A stretch of 64,000 nt of DNA from NCBI GenBank assembly GCA_028534125.1, contig CM052817.1, forward strand, positions 74,216,001-74,280,000. The letters are read 5' to 3'. Under the pieces are notes generated by a model. That model had not been told where the DNA came from. It did not search any database and worked only from the letters and a program-made list of their open reading frames with translations. Positions 63,068 through 64,000 of the stretch are shown one piece after another. Source of the DNA: Lama glama. Its lineage: Eukaryota. The translations under genes were made by a program, and so were the position numbers. Positions within the stretch are counted from its first letter, which is position 1; every line of letters begins with the position of its first letter.

Positions 63068-64000
63068 TGCAGTTTTCATTCAATAGGGGAAGCAAATGTT
63101 TAGAGTTTCTGGAAGCAACAGCAATACCCCTACAAAGAGCCAGGCACATTTCTGTCTAAAACCCTCCCATTTTTCATGCTTTTCTCTTTTATTATACCTG
63201 TGGGGGGAAAAAAGCTTCAATTAGTAGCTTATTTGTGAGCAACACTTCTTTTTCACGATTACTTGTTTCATTTAACAAAGAACATGTGCCCTCAAATTAA
63301 CAGTGAAAAGGTGTTTTTGAAGGTGGAGGCAATTAAGCTGGGTTATCAAAGTACACAGAAAACAAAACAAAGAATTTCTGCAGCTTAAATGTGAAGAATT
63401 GTGCCATTCATTTTGCAACATTTATTCTATAAACTGTGTGTTGATATATTAGGCCAGGGAGCAGGGAGTCTGAGGATGTAATGTAGAGCGAAATAAATAC
63501 TATCTCAAAAAATAAAACATATAAAATATAAAATATTGCCCCTACTTCTGTAGGGCTTACTTTTGAGTAGGGAATATAGGTATTAAATCAATTATTCATA
63601 AAAAAATGAAATACTGTGAAGGAAGAATACAGGGAGCTATGTGAATATATATTTGTATTAGTGGGTAGGAGAAAGGCTGAGCATAATGAGATCTGAAGGA
63701 TAAGTATGAATTAACTAGATAAAAGAACGTATACAGAGAAGTATCCTAGCAGATAGAACATAGCGAATTCAAGGAGCCAGAAGAGGCCCAATAGATCAGG
63801 GTGCAGTGAGTGAAATGAAATATATGCAGCCATTATTGCATTAAATTATGCTACAGCAAAGTATTGGCATGGGAAATTGTCACATATTAAATGAAACTCC
63901 AAGTTACTAAAGAATTTATTTTAATCCCAGTTTAGTTAAATTTAGTTTAATTCCAGTTTGTTATGTTTGGTTGTTTGGATAGATAAGTAGACAGATAAAT

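Noticed and set aside
1..64000. Prokaryote-type systems (CRISPR arrays, operons, terminators)
   Set aside because: The sequence is mammalian, and I saw no regularly spaced repeat-spacer array.

Overview
Mammalian genomic DNA, very probably camelid (alpaca/llama/camel), judged from a Vic-1-type tRNA-derived SINE and a camelid-type L1 3' end. The window holds the 5' end of CAMK2D (Ca2+/calmodulin-dependent protein kinase II delta) on the minus strand: a CpG-island promoter (~55.2-57.6 kb), coding exon 1 (56014-55950, [22 protein letters not shown]), a 1.6-kb intron 1, coding exon 2 (54345-54251, [31 protein letters not shown]) and at least 54 kb of intron 2. I did not find exon 3 in the window. 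The rest is AT-rich intronic or upstream DNA with old L1M, L2, MIR, CR1/L3, hAT-Charlie and ERVL-type LTR remnants, and a 100-N assembly gap. None of the supplied ORFs is a credible gene, and the two real exons are absent from that track. No new multi-gene system can be demonstrated. The best unexplained signals are: (i) a perfect 14-bp hairpin in intron 2 that coincides with a recursive-splice-site-like AG|GTAAGA and an in-frame 21-nt candidate microexon; (ii) a dense upstream motif module (BANP palindrome, ETS, GC box, overlapping CRE/octamer/M-box) suggesting a second or divergent TSS; (iii) a candidate internal exon in phase with exon 3; (iv) several exact local duplications. Repeat family names come from recalled consensus sequences, and repeat boundaries are approximate.
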